Shown here: positions 38,707 through 48,240 of the stretch, in pieces
Numbering within the stretch: position 1 is the stretch's first letter
Layout: each line of letters starts with the position of its first letter
IMG/VR virus record: IMGVR_UViG_3300020047_005985
Location: 44,242-108,241 of that record
DNA from: a virus
Lineage: Duplodnaviria > Caudoviricetes
Length of the DNA: 64,000 bases
Strand: one strand, 5' to 3'
Made by a program: the position numbers and the translations under genes
Notes under the pieces: generated by a model
The model's input: only the letters and a program-made list of their open reading frames with translations
Database searches by the model: none
What the model was told of the DNA's origin: nothing

Positions 38707-39600
38707 ATGAATCAAGAATTAATTTCCTACTTGCAGGAAAAGCAAGAAAAAGGTGGATGGTTAGATATTGCCAACATCTTCAAAGTAGAAGGAACTCCAA
38801 AGCAAAAATCTGATTATGTCAGAAGGTTATGGAAGAAAGTTCATAAATATCAAGGTTCTTCTGAACCTTTTAAATTAAATGTTCCTCTTAAGGAGTCGGA
38901 CATTACAACACTTATTCGATTTGATAAACCAATATCATCAGATTCAAATTTTCAATATAACGAAAATAACGTTTTATTTATTGGAGATATTCATCTTCCA
39001 TTTGAAAAAGAAGGTTATTTGGAATTTTGTAAAAAGCAATATGATCGGTTTAACTGTAATAAGGTAATTTTTGCAGGTGATCTTCTAGACTTCCATGCTC
39101 AAAGTTTTCATGATTCAGATGCTGATGGTTTATCAGCAATTGAAGAATTGAATTTAGCTATTAAGAAATTACAGAAATGGTATTCTGTTTTTCCAGAAGC
39201 AACTATTCTTTTAGGTAATCATGATAGAATTGTAGCAAGAAAGCTATTTAAAGTTGGACTATCACAAAGATGGATGAAACCTTTAGAAGAAGTTTTAGAG
39301 GTTCCAAACTGGAGATTTGTTGAAGAGTTAATACATAATGATATTCTTTATGTACACGGAGAAGGTGGTACAGCTAGAACTAAAGCTAAACAAGAAATGG
39401 TATCGGTTTGTCAAGGACATTTACATTCTGAAGGATATATTGAGTTTATGAATGGAGGTAAAAACTTTGCACTTCAGGTTGGTTGTGGAATAGATTTTAG
39501 TTCTTATGCTTTTGCTTATGCTAAAAGAGATAAAAAACCAATTTTATCCTGTGCTGTTATTTTAGATAAATCACCAATTTTAATTCCATTTCATGATTGA
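38707..39600 (+). CDS. Calcineurin-like metallophosphoesterase
   Basis: GDIHLP, GDLLD, GNHD, HG, GHLH. Confidence 0.85.
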   Translation: MNQELISYLQEKQEKGGWLDIANIFKVEGTPKQKSDYVRRLWKKVHKYQGSSEPFKLNVPLKESDITTLIRFDKPISSDSNFQYNENNVLFIGDIHLPFEKEGYLEFCKKQYDRFNCNKVIFAGDLLDFHAQSFHDSDADGLSAIEELNLAIKKLQKWYSVFPEATILLGNHDRIVARKLFKVGLSQRWMKPLEEVLEVPNWRFVEELIHNDILYVHGEGGTARTKAKQEMVSVCQGHLHSEGYIEFMNGGKNFALQVGCGIDFSSYAFAYAKRDKKPILSCAVILDKSPILIPFHD

Positions 39601-40459
39601 GCTTCTACAAGAAAGATTTAAAGATATAACTTATAAAGATCAACATCACCAATACTTTTATGGTGAACAAGAACTTCAATCAATAACTAAATGGTTATCT
39701 AGTCTTAAGCCAGAGTTTAATAGTCATTTTTGGTCAATACTAAAAGCCTATACATATTCTGGATATGAAACTAAATTTATATGGAATAACTTTTCACAGT
39801 TTAAAATTATAGATCCTACGCTAGAATCGGGTTATACAACAGTATCTATTTATGATAATCACGATCATTTGAAAGTTACACCAGAAGATGTATTAGATCA
39901 GTGGAAAATAGAAAATTCTATTGGAACTACTAGAGGTAGTTTTATTCATAATTACTTAGAGAATTTAGAAAATAGAATCTTAGATCAACCTAAGATAGAA
40001 CTACCAAATAGTTTAAGTACTGCTCAAACCATAAACTATATTAACAGTTTAAATGTTGCTAAACAATTATGTTTAGATTTTGTAAAATACGCAAAAGAAA
40101 ATCTAATTTTAGTTGCAGCAGAATATGCAGTAGGTGACCCTAAGCTAGGGAAAGCTGGAAGATTTGATAGATTGTACTTTAATAAGTTAACTCAAAAGTA
40201 TGAGATCTGGGATTTTAAAACAGATAAGAAATTAAGATATAAATCTTCTTTTGGTAAAATTAAAGAATTTGATTTACCTGATTGTGAATTTGAAAAATAT
40301 TCTTTACAAACTTCTTTCTATCGAAAAGTAATTCAAGATGTAATTCCTGAATATCAATTAGGAGAAAGTAAGATTGTATGGTTTGATCTAAAAGAAAATA
40401 AATACGAAATAATTGAGTGTAAAGATTATACTCAATTAATAACTACAACATTACTATGA
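39593..40459 (+). CDS. PD-(D/E)xK nuclease
   Basis: RGSFIH..LE, AGRFDRL, IWDFKT, YSLQ.S.Y. Confidence 0.8.
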   Translation: MIELLQERFKDITYKDQHHQYFYGEQELQSITKWLSSLKPEFNSHFWSILKAYTYSGYETKFIWNNFSQFKIIDPTLESGYTTVSIYDNHDHLKVTPEDVLDQWKIENSIGTTRGSFIHNYLENLENRILDQPKIELPNSLSTAQTINYINSLNVAKQLCLDFVKYAKENLILVAAEYAVGDPKLGKAGRFDRLYFNKLTQKYEIWDFKTDKKLRYKSSFGKIKEFDLPDCEFEKYSLQTSFYRKVIQDVIPEYQLGESKIVWFDLKENKYEIIECKDYTQLITTTLL

Positions 40460-41136
40460 AAACCATAGGACAACATATATCAGCTATACGAGGATTAATT
40501 AAATCTTATGGTAGAAACCCAGAAGGTTATACGGACGAAGGTCTGTATAACCTTTTTTCTGTTTCTAGAGCTGACATTTTAAAACAACAATTTGAAAAAT
40601 TATCATTTTTATCAGAAGACAATTGGTTCCAATTTTGCATGTCGTTGGAAATAAGTAAATCACATAATTGCGATTGTGTTCCCGACCATTTAGAATGTAA
40701 AATATTAAAATCTAAATATAAAATTCCTTCTGTTATTGCTGGAATGAATAAATCTAAAATTAATATTGCTACTATTGCAGGTAAGCAAATTAATATTATT
40801 ACTGAAGCTGAGTGGAGAAGAAAGAAAGATAAAGAGCCTACAGAATATTATGGCAGTCTTATTAATTCTTATTTAATTATATGGAATGCACCTTTAACAT
40901 TAAAGGTTGTTTCTGTATCAGGAGTATGGTCAGATCCATTAAGTTTACAAACAATCCCTAACTGTGATCCTGATGGAAATTCTACAAATTTATGCTATGA
41001 TCCTCTTATAACATTATATCCTTTGCAAGAAGAGTATGCTCATAGAACTTATAAAAGAACACTGGAACTTTTAAATGTTCCAATGCAACTTCCTCAAGAT
41101 CAAACCAACGACAGTAATGAATTTGTTAAGGTCTAA
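40456..41136 (+). CDS. Tail ring protein
   Basis: Synteny; R.DILKQ, S...IP, GVW.DP, YPL, D..ND motifs. Confidence 0.6.
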   Translation: MKTIGQHISAIRGLIKSYGRNPEGYTDEGLYNLFSVSRADILKQQFEKLSFLSEDNWFQFCMSLEISKSHNCDCVPDHLECKILKSKYKIPSVIAGMNKSKINIATIAGKQINIITEAEWRRKKDKEPTEYYGSLINSYLIIWNAPLTLKVVSVSGVWSDPLSLQTIPNCDPDGNSTNLCYDPLITLYPLQEEYAHRTYKRTLELLNVPMQLPQDQTNDSNEFVKV

Positions 41137-41617
41137 GCGTAAAACACTTGTTCATATTTACTTAACATATAAATACAAAAAGAACATTCCTCATAAACTA
41201 GGAACTGTTCCTATGCCATTTATAAAGCATTCAGAGTGTACAGACCATAAATTATCTGCTGATTGGAACGAATGGAATACTGTAGTTACAGCATATATTG
41301 AAAAATTAAAGCTTTATTTAGAAGATGGTAATTCAATAATGTTGGAATCAGGATTAGGTGAATTTCATTTAGCTAAAGCAAAAGCTAAGAAATTTTTAGA
41401 TTTTAAAAAATCTAAAGAAAATAAAAAGCAGATTTACTTTGCCAAAAACAATGTTGATAATTATTTTATTACTTATTCTTGGGTTAGATGTAAATCTAAT
41501 AAAAAGTTTAAATGGTATTGGGCCATAAAACTTAATAGATTCTGGATAAGAGACATATATGCTGAATGTGAAAAAGACTTTACAAAAATTTACAAATTAA
41601 AAGATTCTCGTTTATGA
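41117..41617 (+). CDS. IHF-like basic protein of the tail module
   Basis: G..I.L..GLG.F...K...LDFKKSKE motif; synteny. Confidence 0.55.
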   Translation: MNLLRSKRKTLVHIYLTYKYKKNIPHKLGTVPMPFIKHSECTDHKLSADWNEWNTVVTAYIEKLKLYLEDGNSIMLESGLGEFHLAKAKAKKFLDFKKSKENKKQIYFAKNNVDNYFITYSWVRCKSNKKFKWYWAIKLNRFWIRDIYAECEKDFTKIYKLKDSRL

Positions 41618-42405
41618 AAAACTATATAAAATTACGAACAGTATTGGATAATATTCCTGCTTCTTTATTTGAAGAGGATACAGAAGCTTCTTTCTTGGAT
41701 CGCTTTATGGATGGATTAAAATTACTTCCAAACACTATTCAATACGAACCTAGAATAGAACTATTTGAAATTATTGATGGTAAAGTACAATTACCAAAAT
41801 ATGTTAAAAGTATAAATGCTATACATTGGCAAGCAACTAATCCTACTTCTTCTATGATTGAAGAATTAACTTGTGAAGCTGAACCTGCTGATATAAACCC
41901 TGCTGTATGTAAACCTTTATTAACATATCAAATGTGGTTAGATTCAGCTTTCTTTAAAGAAACATTTAAAGTTTTAAAGTATGTAGGAACAGACAAAAGT
42001 TTAATTAATAACGGCTGTGAATGTCTTTACGCAAATTGTAGTGAAACTTTTGTTATCACTCCTCAGAAAACAATGTACTTAAGTATTGATTCTGGTTGGA
42101 TATGTGTAAACTATGATTCTCCTGTTTGTGATGAAAATCAAGATATTTTGATTCCTGATAATCAATTGGTGATTGAATTTTTAGTTGCTTATGCAATAAG
42201 TAAACATTGGGAAAATAGGCAATTTACTAAAGAAAGTAATGCTTATAATTTTTACAATACATATAATCAAAAGCAAGCTTTGCTTTTGAGACAAGCTAGA
42301 GGATCTGTAATGTTAGCTCAAACTGATTTTGCAGACATTGCGAATTTAAATGCGCAATATACTAAACTTATGAAATTACCTGAAATTTTGTTCTATGCTA
42401 GATAA
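41614..42405 (+). CDS. Tail tubular / ring protein
   Basis: I.DGKVQLP, G.IC.NY...DE...LIPD motifs. Confidence 0.65.
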   Translation: MKNYIKLRTVLDNIPASLFEEDTEASFLDRFMDGLKLLPNTIQYEPRIELFEIIDGKVQLPKYVKSINAIHWQATNPTSSMIEELTCEAEPADINPAVCKPLLTYQMWLDSAFFKETFKVLKYVGTDKSLINNGCECLYANCSETFVITPQKTMYLSIDSGWICVNYDSPVCDENQDILIPDNQLVIEFLVAYAISKHWENRQFTKESNAYNFYNTYNQKQALLLRQARGSVMLAQTDFADIANLNAQYTKLMKLPEILFYAR

Positions 42406-45400
42406 ACAATTTCCCGTAGTTCATTCTAATGGAATTAATAAGGATAGATCATTTCAAGATAGTAATGATGTTACTTTTGCCTTGAATGCTATTAGAGATA
42501 ATCATGAAGGTGGAAGACAAGAATATCAGTCGGAACCAGGAAATGAATTATCTGCTAGTTTACCAACAGGGTATATTTTACTAGGTTCTATATATGGGCA
42601 AGATGAAGAAATTTATTTATTATCTACAAATAATGCTTCTTCTGAAATAGGATTATTCAAACAAGGTAGGTACCAAACTTTAGCTAATTTAAATTTAGGT
42701 TTTTCTACTGAACATCCACCAACAGGAGAATATAGAGTTAGAAATGGATGTGAAAGAATAATTTATTGGGGTGATAAACATAATCCAGATTATTGGTTTA
42801 ATGTTGATAAACCAAATGATTTTAAAACATCTGGAGTATTTGATGCAAATAAATTTAAGTTTGTTCCTAATATTCAATGTCCTAAAATAGATTTAATTCA
42901 AGTTAATTCTTCTGGTGGAAATCTTTCATTAGGCTCTTATTATTTTCAATTAGAAGTTGTTGATGTTGATGGCAATTCTATTTATAAAACAGACATTAGC
43001 CCTCAAACAATAATTTATGATGATGACCAAACTGATGCTTATAATAATATTGATGGAGGTTTAAATGCTCCTCAATATGATTCTGGTATTGGTGGTGTAC
43101 CAATTACTAATAAATCTATTACTTTAAGATTTTATAATCTAGATACTAGTTTTGATTACTTAAAGGTTAATGTTGTTAAGCAAATAGTTGGTACACAAGT
43201 TATAGAAGCTCATTCTGTAGGTCAATTAGTTCCTATTACAGGAACTGAATTTCAATGGACTTATACAGGTTATAATCCAAGTGGGGGAGATATTCCATTA
43301 GATTACTCTAGTCTTGTTATTCCTGATGTTAAATATAAAAAATCTTATGTTCAGGAACAAGTGCAAGGTAGATTAGTTAGAGCTAATGTAGAACAAGATA
43401 GAGTTGATTATTCTACTTATCAACGCTTCGCTAGTTTAATAACAGCTAAATGGGTAGCTAAGGAAGTAAAAACAGACGATCAGTTTGATTTAGGTAATCC
43501 TAAAAATCCTAATACTTATTGGGATTGTACTAGTTTTCAAGGAGATGAAGTTTATGCTTTTACTATTCAGTATCTTCTAAAAAACGGAGATTGGACTCCA
43601 TGTTTCCAATTAATAGGAAGACCTTCTGTTCCATCTGATTTAACTGTTTTAACAGTGGTTTCTAATGCTTCTGTTCTTGGTACTAATGATGTATGGGAAT
43701 CTGACGTAGAGCATCTTGGATTAACTATTGGTCAAACTGTTCCTAAATGGAAGGTGTTTAACACTGCTAGTATTACTACATCTAATACTGTTGCTCACCC
43801 ATATACATATGAAGGAGAATTTGGTTTTTATCAATCTGATAATACAACTTATCCTGACTTGTCTAATTGTGATGGCGATAATATCTTTGGAGAAGATTCT
43901 AATGGAACTCCTATTACAACTATTACGAAACTACGATTCTTTAGATTTCCAGACAGAAGGTTAATACCTCACGTAACTGGAACTAATGGAGAATACATTC
44001 AACCGTTAGGTGTTAAATTTGATAATATAACTTATCCATCTACTGATGTAGTAGGTCATAGGTTTTGCCATGCTGTAAGAGATGCTGCAAATAAAACTGT
44101 AGTTGATTCTGGATGGGCATGCCAACCATCAATAATTGTAACAGGTGTTGGTAACAGATTATACTTGGACGCGAACTTCACAGATTTTGATTTAGTATCT
44201 ACAAATGGGTATGTGAGATATAATTCGGCAAACATATTATATAATCAGAAATTATTTAATCCTGATTATATTAAGCTGAATCAAGCTTACCATATAGAAT
44301 CTTCTCCGGATTCGGAAGAAACAATAGTTACTAAAACTGGAGGAACAGATACTATTACAGCTTATTCTTACATTTTTAATATAACGGATATTGCTTTACC
44401 TACCAGATCAAATTATTTAGTATCAAATCAAATTTATGTTCCCGCAAATTCTTATACTCCAGCGTCACTATTTGACATGCCAATTCAATCAGCAGATGAT
44501 TCTGTTGATGACAGTATAATTAAGATTGGATCTTATCCTTTAGAAGATGCTAGCACATTATTAGCAGGGAATGTTCTTGGTGGTGCTAATGTTACTGATC
44601 CTGTAACTGGAACACTAGAGTATAATTCGTTTTATGTTTACAAAAAAGTCAATATTCAGCCATACGAAAATATTTTAAATTTAAATTATAATTACATCCA
44701 TTTTAATCATGCTGTAATAGCAGACGATAATGAATTTTATGGAGGCGATACAATAATTAGTTTAAATACACAAACTCGTACATTTTGGCCGTTGTTTACT
44801 CCGGATAATATTTTACAAGGATTATGTTATACAACATTTTATGAAGAGCACGATATAAATACTTCTTTGAGACATGGGGGTACAGGTGAGGCAACAAAAT
44901 ATTACGGCCCTGGTTCTGATATTGCAGTCTTGTTGGAAAAGTTTGCGGAATTGGAATCTGATGGAAAATATACCATCAGACCCACGAACGAAATAATTAA
45001 AGATTATTTTGCAATAAATAAAGACTATGATGTTCAATCTACTGAAGTAGGTAAAGTAAGTTTACCACTTAACTATGATTACTGTACAGACTGTTTAGCA
45101 GAATATCCAAATAGAATTATATTTAGCCCTCAATCATTTGAAGAAGAATCGTTTGATCTATATCGAATTAATAAGATAAATGATTATATAGATCTTCCTG
45201 CACATAGAGGAGCTATCACTGGTTTAAAATATCAGAACAATCAACTTCTGGTTCATACCGAAGATACTACATTTATTTTACAACCTAATCCTCAACAGAT
45301 TGCAACAGATCAAAATACTGCTTATTTAACTACTGGAGATTTCTTAAGTATTCCTCCTCAAGAATTAATGCAGACAGACGTTGGTATGGGTGGTTTGCAA

Positions 45401-46516
45401 AATAAACAAAGTCAATGTGATACTCCATTTGGTCATTTTTGGGCAGATCAGAAAAGAGGTGAGATATTTGGTTTTGATAATAAATTAGAAGTACTATCTA
45501 ATAAAGGATTAAATCAATGGTTTAAAGAATATCTTCCTTCTGAAGCTACCTCTAATTTCTTTGCTGTTACAAATGAAAAATTCCCTATAAATTCTACTTT
45601 AGATAGAAAAGGAGTAGGTATTATTTTATATTATGATCCTAGATTTAAACGTCTTATGATTACTAAAAAAGACTACTTACCTTTAGATCATAAAGAAGAA
45701 TCAATTGATCTTGGGCCAATTAGTACATTTTGGTCAGATCTTAATAATAGATGGGAAAAATTAAATGGAGCAAGTCTAGTAGAAGTTTATCCAGATGATT
45801 CTACATATTTTGAAAAGAAAAGTTGGACGCTAAGTTATTCTTTTAAAGATCAAAGTTTTACATCTTGGCATTCTTATATTCCAAGAATAGCATTTAATGA
45901 CAGTAATAATTTTTATACTTGTGGATTTAATTCTAGTTCTAATGGAATTTTTAAACATTTAGATAAAACAAAATATCAAAATTATTTTGGATCTAAGTAT
46001 GATTTTATAATTGAATGGTCTAATTTTGATCCTGTTTCTTCTAATGTAAGTAATCTATACTATGTGGGTTATACACACGTTTGGGATAGTTTATCTAAAC
46101 AGTTTAAAACCGTAGATGCTACGTTTGATAAATGTTTAGTTTATAATTTTGAGCAATCTACAGGATTACAAACATTAGTTTTACAAGATCAACATATAAG
46201 TCCTTATCTAAATAATAAAATTCCAAAGGTATCTAAGTATGTTGTAAGAACAGATCAAAATTATAAGATTGCAGGATTATCTGACTTAGCTATTAATCAA
46301 CCAGTAGTAACTAAAGATTGGAGTTCAGTAAAACTATATAATGGTTATATAGATCAGGTTTCTAATGCTGCTAGTATAAATAGTAATAAATCTGTTTATG
46401 ATTGGGGTAATATTTGGGATAAATTTGTGTTTGTAAGATTGTTTTTTAATCCTTTGTTAGATTATAGAAAAACAGTAATACTTCAAGTATTAAATAACCA
46501 ACAATCTATCCGATGA
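42395..46516 (+). CDS. Tail stabilization / muzzle protein
   Basis: 1373 aa; GINKD..FALN, IIYW.D..NP, G.L..GSY, DEVYAF, YDPRFKR, WTLSYS...SWHSYIP. Confidence 0.8.
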   Translation: MLDKQFPVVHSNGINKDRSFQDSNDVTFALNAIRDNHEGGRQEYQSEPGNELSASLPTGYILLGSIYGQDEEIYLLSTNNASSEIGLFKQGRYQTLANLNLGFSTEHPPTGEYRVRNGCERIIYWGDKHNPDYWFNVDKPNDFKTSGVFDANKFKFVPNIQCPKIDLIQVNSSGGNLSLGSYYFQLEVVDVDGNSIYKTDISPQTIIYDDDQTDAYNNIDGGLNAPQYDSGIGGVPITNKSITLRFYNLDTSFDYLKVNVVKQIVGTQVIEAHSVGQLVPITGTEFQWTYTGYNPSGGDIPLDYSSLVIPDVKYKKSYVQEQVQGRLVRANVEQDRVDYSTYQRFASLITAKWVAKEVKTDDQFDLGNPKNPNTYWDCTSFQGDEVYAFTIQYLLKNGDWTPCFQLIGRPSVPSDLTVLTVVSNASVLGTNDVWESDVEHLGLTIGQTVPKWKVFNTASITTSNTVAHPYTYEGEFGFYQSDNTTYPDLSNCDGDNIFGEDSNGTPITTITKLRFFRFPDRRLIPHVTGTNGEYIQPLGVKFDNITYPSTDVVGHRFCHAVRDAANKTVVDSGWACQPSIIVTGVGNRLYLDANFTDFDLVSTNGYVRYNSANILYNQKLFNPDYIKLNQAYHIESSPDSEETIVTKTGGTDTITAYSYIFNITDIALPTRSNYLVSNQIYVPANSYTPASLFDMPIQSADDSVDDSIIKIGSYPLEDASTLLAGNVLGGANVTDPVTGTLEYNSFYVYKKVNIQPYENILNLNYNYIHFNHAVIADDNEFYGGDTIISLNTQTRTFWPLFTPDNILQGLCYTTFYEEHDINTSLRHGGTGEATKYYGPGSDIAVLLEKFAELESDGKYTIRPTNEIIKDYFAINKDYDVQSTEVGKVSLPLNYDYCTDCLAEYPNRIIFSPQSFEEESFDLYRINKINDYIDLPAHRGAITGLKYQNNQLLVHTEDTTFILQPNPQQIATDQNTAYLTTGDFLSIPPQELMQTDVGMGGLQNKQSQCDTPFGHFWADQKRGEIFGFDNKLEVLSNKGLNQWFKEYLPSEATSNFFAVTNEKFPINSTLDRKGVGIILYYDPRFKRLMITKKDYLPLDHKEESIDLGPISTFWSDLNNRWEKLNGASLVEVYPDDSTYFEKKSWTLSYSFKDQSFTSWHSYIPRIAFNDSNNFYTCGFNSSSNGIFKHLDKTKYQNYFGSKYDFIIEWSNFDPVSSNVSNLYYVGYTHVWDSLSKQFKTVDATFDKCLVYNFEQSTGLQTLVLQDQHISPYLNNKIPKVSKYVVRTDQNYKIAGLSDLAINQPVVTKDWSSVKLYNGYIDQVSNAASINSNKSVYDWGNIWDKFVFVRLFFNPLLDYRKTVILQVLNNQQSIR

Positions 46517-48240
46517 AAAAGAAATGTAATAATGGTGGGCCAATAGAGTCCACCAAAGTTTTTATAAAAACACAACCTTATGATAGTAGCTTTAATAAGC
46601 TACCAAGTTTTAATCCTTTTACAGATATAGATTTGGCTAATGAAGCTCAAACTAAATTTGATATTTTAAATGCAACTTTAATGATGAAGACATCAAATAG
46701 TAATAAAGCTAAATCTAATACAAAAAGGTTTAGAGAAAAAAGTTTAGGTGGAGATATTATTCAAACGGGTTTATCTTTTATACCAGGAGTAGGACAAATT
46801 TTAGCTCCTTTGGCTGGTATGATAGATCAAAAATTATCTGCTGAAGAAATAGAAGCTTTAAAGCCACCTGAAAAAATGAATATGAATTTAAATCCATTTG
46901 GTAAATTAGCAAATGGTGGATTTATTAATGATGGTTTTACTCAGTATAATACTGGTTCACACAAGTCAGGAAAAGATTTAGTTGTGGGTCAAGATGGATT
47001 ACCTGATCCTAATGGTGAAAGTTCTGTTCAAAATAAAGAAAATTCTTATAAGATTGGAAACAGACATTATGTTATGTCTGACGTTTTAAAGAATCCTAAA
47101 ACAGGTAACACCTTTAATATTGATGCAGCAAGTGTAAATAAAAAGTATCCTGATGCCAGATTACAACCAGATCAAAGAGCAGCTTTGGATTTTGAAATGA
47201 AAGAATTAGCTGCTTTAAATGATTCTGAAAGACTTAAAGTAGATATGAAAAATAAAAAACAAAAAGCATATGGAGGTTATACAGATAACGGCGACCCTGT
47301 TATACCACCAAGTGAAAATATAATGTGGCCAGCTCAATCTGTATTTCCCACAACTCTTCCTACATTTGAACCCGTTCAATCTTTAGGTACTACTCCAATT
47401 CCACAAGAAACTGGTTTACCTATAAACACAACTTCTTTTGGTAATACGTTAAATGTGGGTCAGAATATAACTACTGATTATGTTCCTGATAGAGGTGAGT
47501 TAGATATTTTAAATCCTAAAAAGAAAAAAGCATCTAATATTCTAGGGCCAAATACTGCAAACGCAATAGGTTTAGGATTAAAAGGAGCTGCTTTAATTGG
47601 ATCTATTTCAGATGCTTTAAGAAGTCCTGAAAAGGAAGAACTTATTAAACCTGATTATAGCAAATCTGACAATTATTTACAAGCTGCAAATATTGATTAT
47701 ACACAAGCTAGACAAGATGCTCAAGGAGTTTCCAACATAGCTGCTGGTACTAACAGAAGTTTAAGTTCTAATGTAGCTTCATTTCAAGGTAGAGAACAGG
47801 CAAGATTAGCTGGTCTATCTGACCAATTGGGAAGAATAGCTGAACAACAAAATCTAGCTCAATCTAATTTGAATTTAACTAAAGGACAAATAGAAAACTC
47901 AAGAGCTGTAGATTTAACAAATAGAAAATATCAAAATCAACAAGGTAATATGCAGAATCAAGCTAATGCTAGATATGCAGATAGAGTATTAAGTTCAGAT
48001 TTAGCAAGTATAGGTAGTTCTTTTAATTCTTATGCCGAATCACAAAAAATGATTAAAAATCAAAAAGAACTTAATCAATTTAAAACAAGTCAGACATTAG
48101 CAATACTGGGAAATAAGTATCCTAATTTTAAATTAGATCCTCAAATTGTAGATAAATTTAAAAATGGAGAAATTGATTTAGATCAGTTCTTACAATATGT
48201 TCCATCAGAAATTCAATCAGATATTAAAGCTAATATATAA
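46513..48240 (+). CDS. Virion cargo (ejected) protein
   Basis: Repeated K-x2-4-GG motifs, G.H..G, FxSD.L-like motif, Q/N/A-rich coiled coil. Confidence 0.6.
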   Translation: MKKKCNNGGPIESTKVFIKTQPYDSSFNKLPSFNPFTDIDLANEAQTKFDILNATLMMKTSNSNKAKSNTKRFREKSLGGDIIQTGLSFIPGVGQILAPLAGMIDQKLSAEEIEALKPPEKMNMNLNPFGKLANGGFINDGFTQYNTGSHKSGKDLVVGQDGLPDPNGESSVQNKENSYKIGNRHYVMSDVLKNPKTGNTFNIDAASVNKKYPDARLQPDQRAALDFEMKELAALNDSERLKVDMKNKKQKAYGGYTDNGDPVIPPSENIMWPAQSVFPTTLPTFEPVQSLGTTPIPQETGLPINTTSFGNTLNVGQNITTDYVPDRGELDILNPKKKKASNILGPNTANAIGLGLKGAALIGSISDALRSPEKEELIKPDYSKSDNYLQAANIDYTQARQDAQGVSNIAAGTNRSLSSNVASFQGREQARLAGLSDQLGRIAEQQNLAQSNLNLTKGQIENSRAVDLTNRKYQNQQGNMQNQANARYADRVLSSDLASIGSSFNSYAESQKMIKNQKELNQFKTSQTLAILGNKYPNFKLDPQIVDKFKNGEIDLDQFLQYVPSEIQSDIKANI

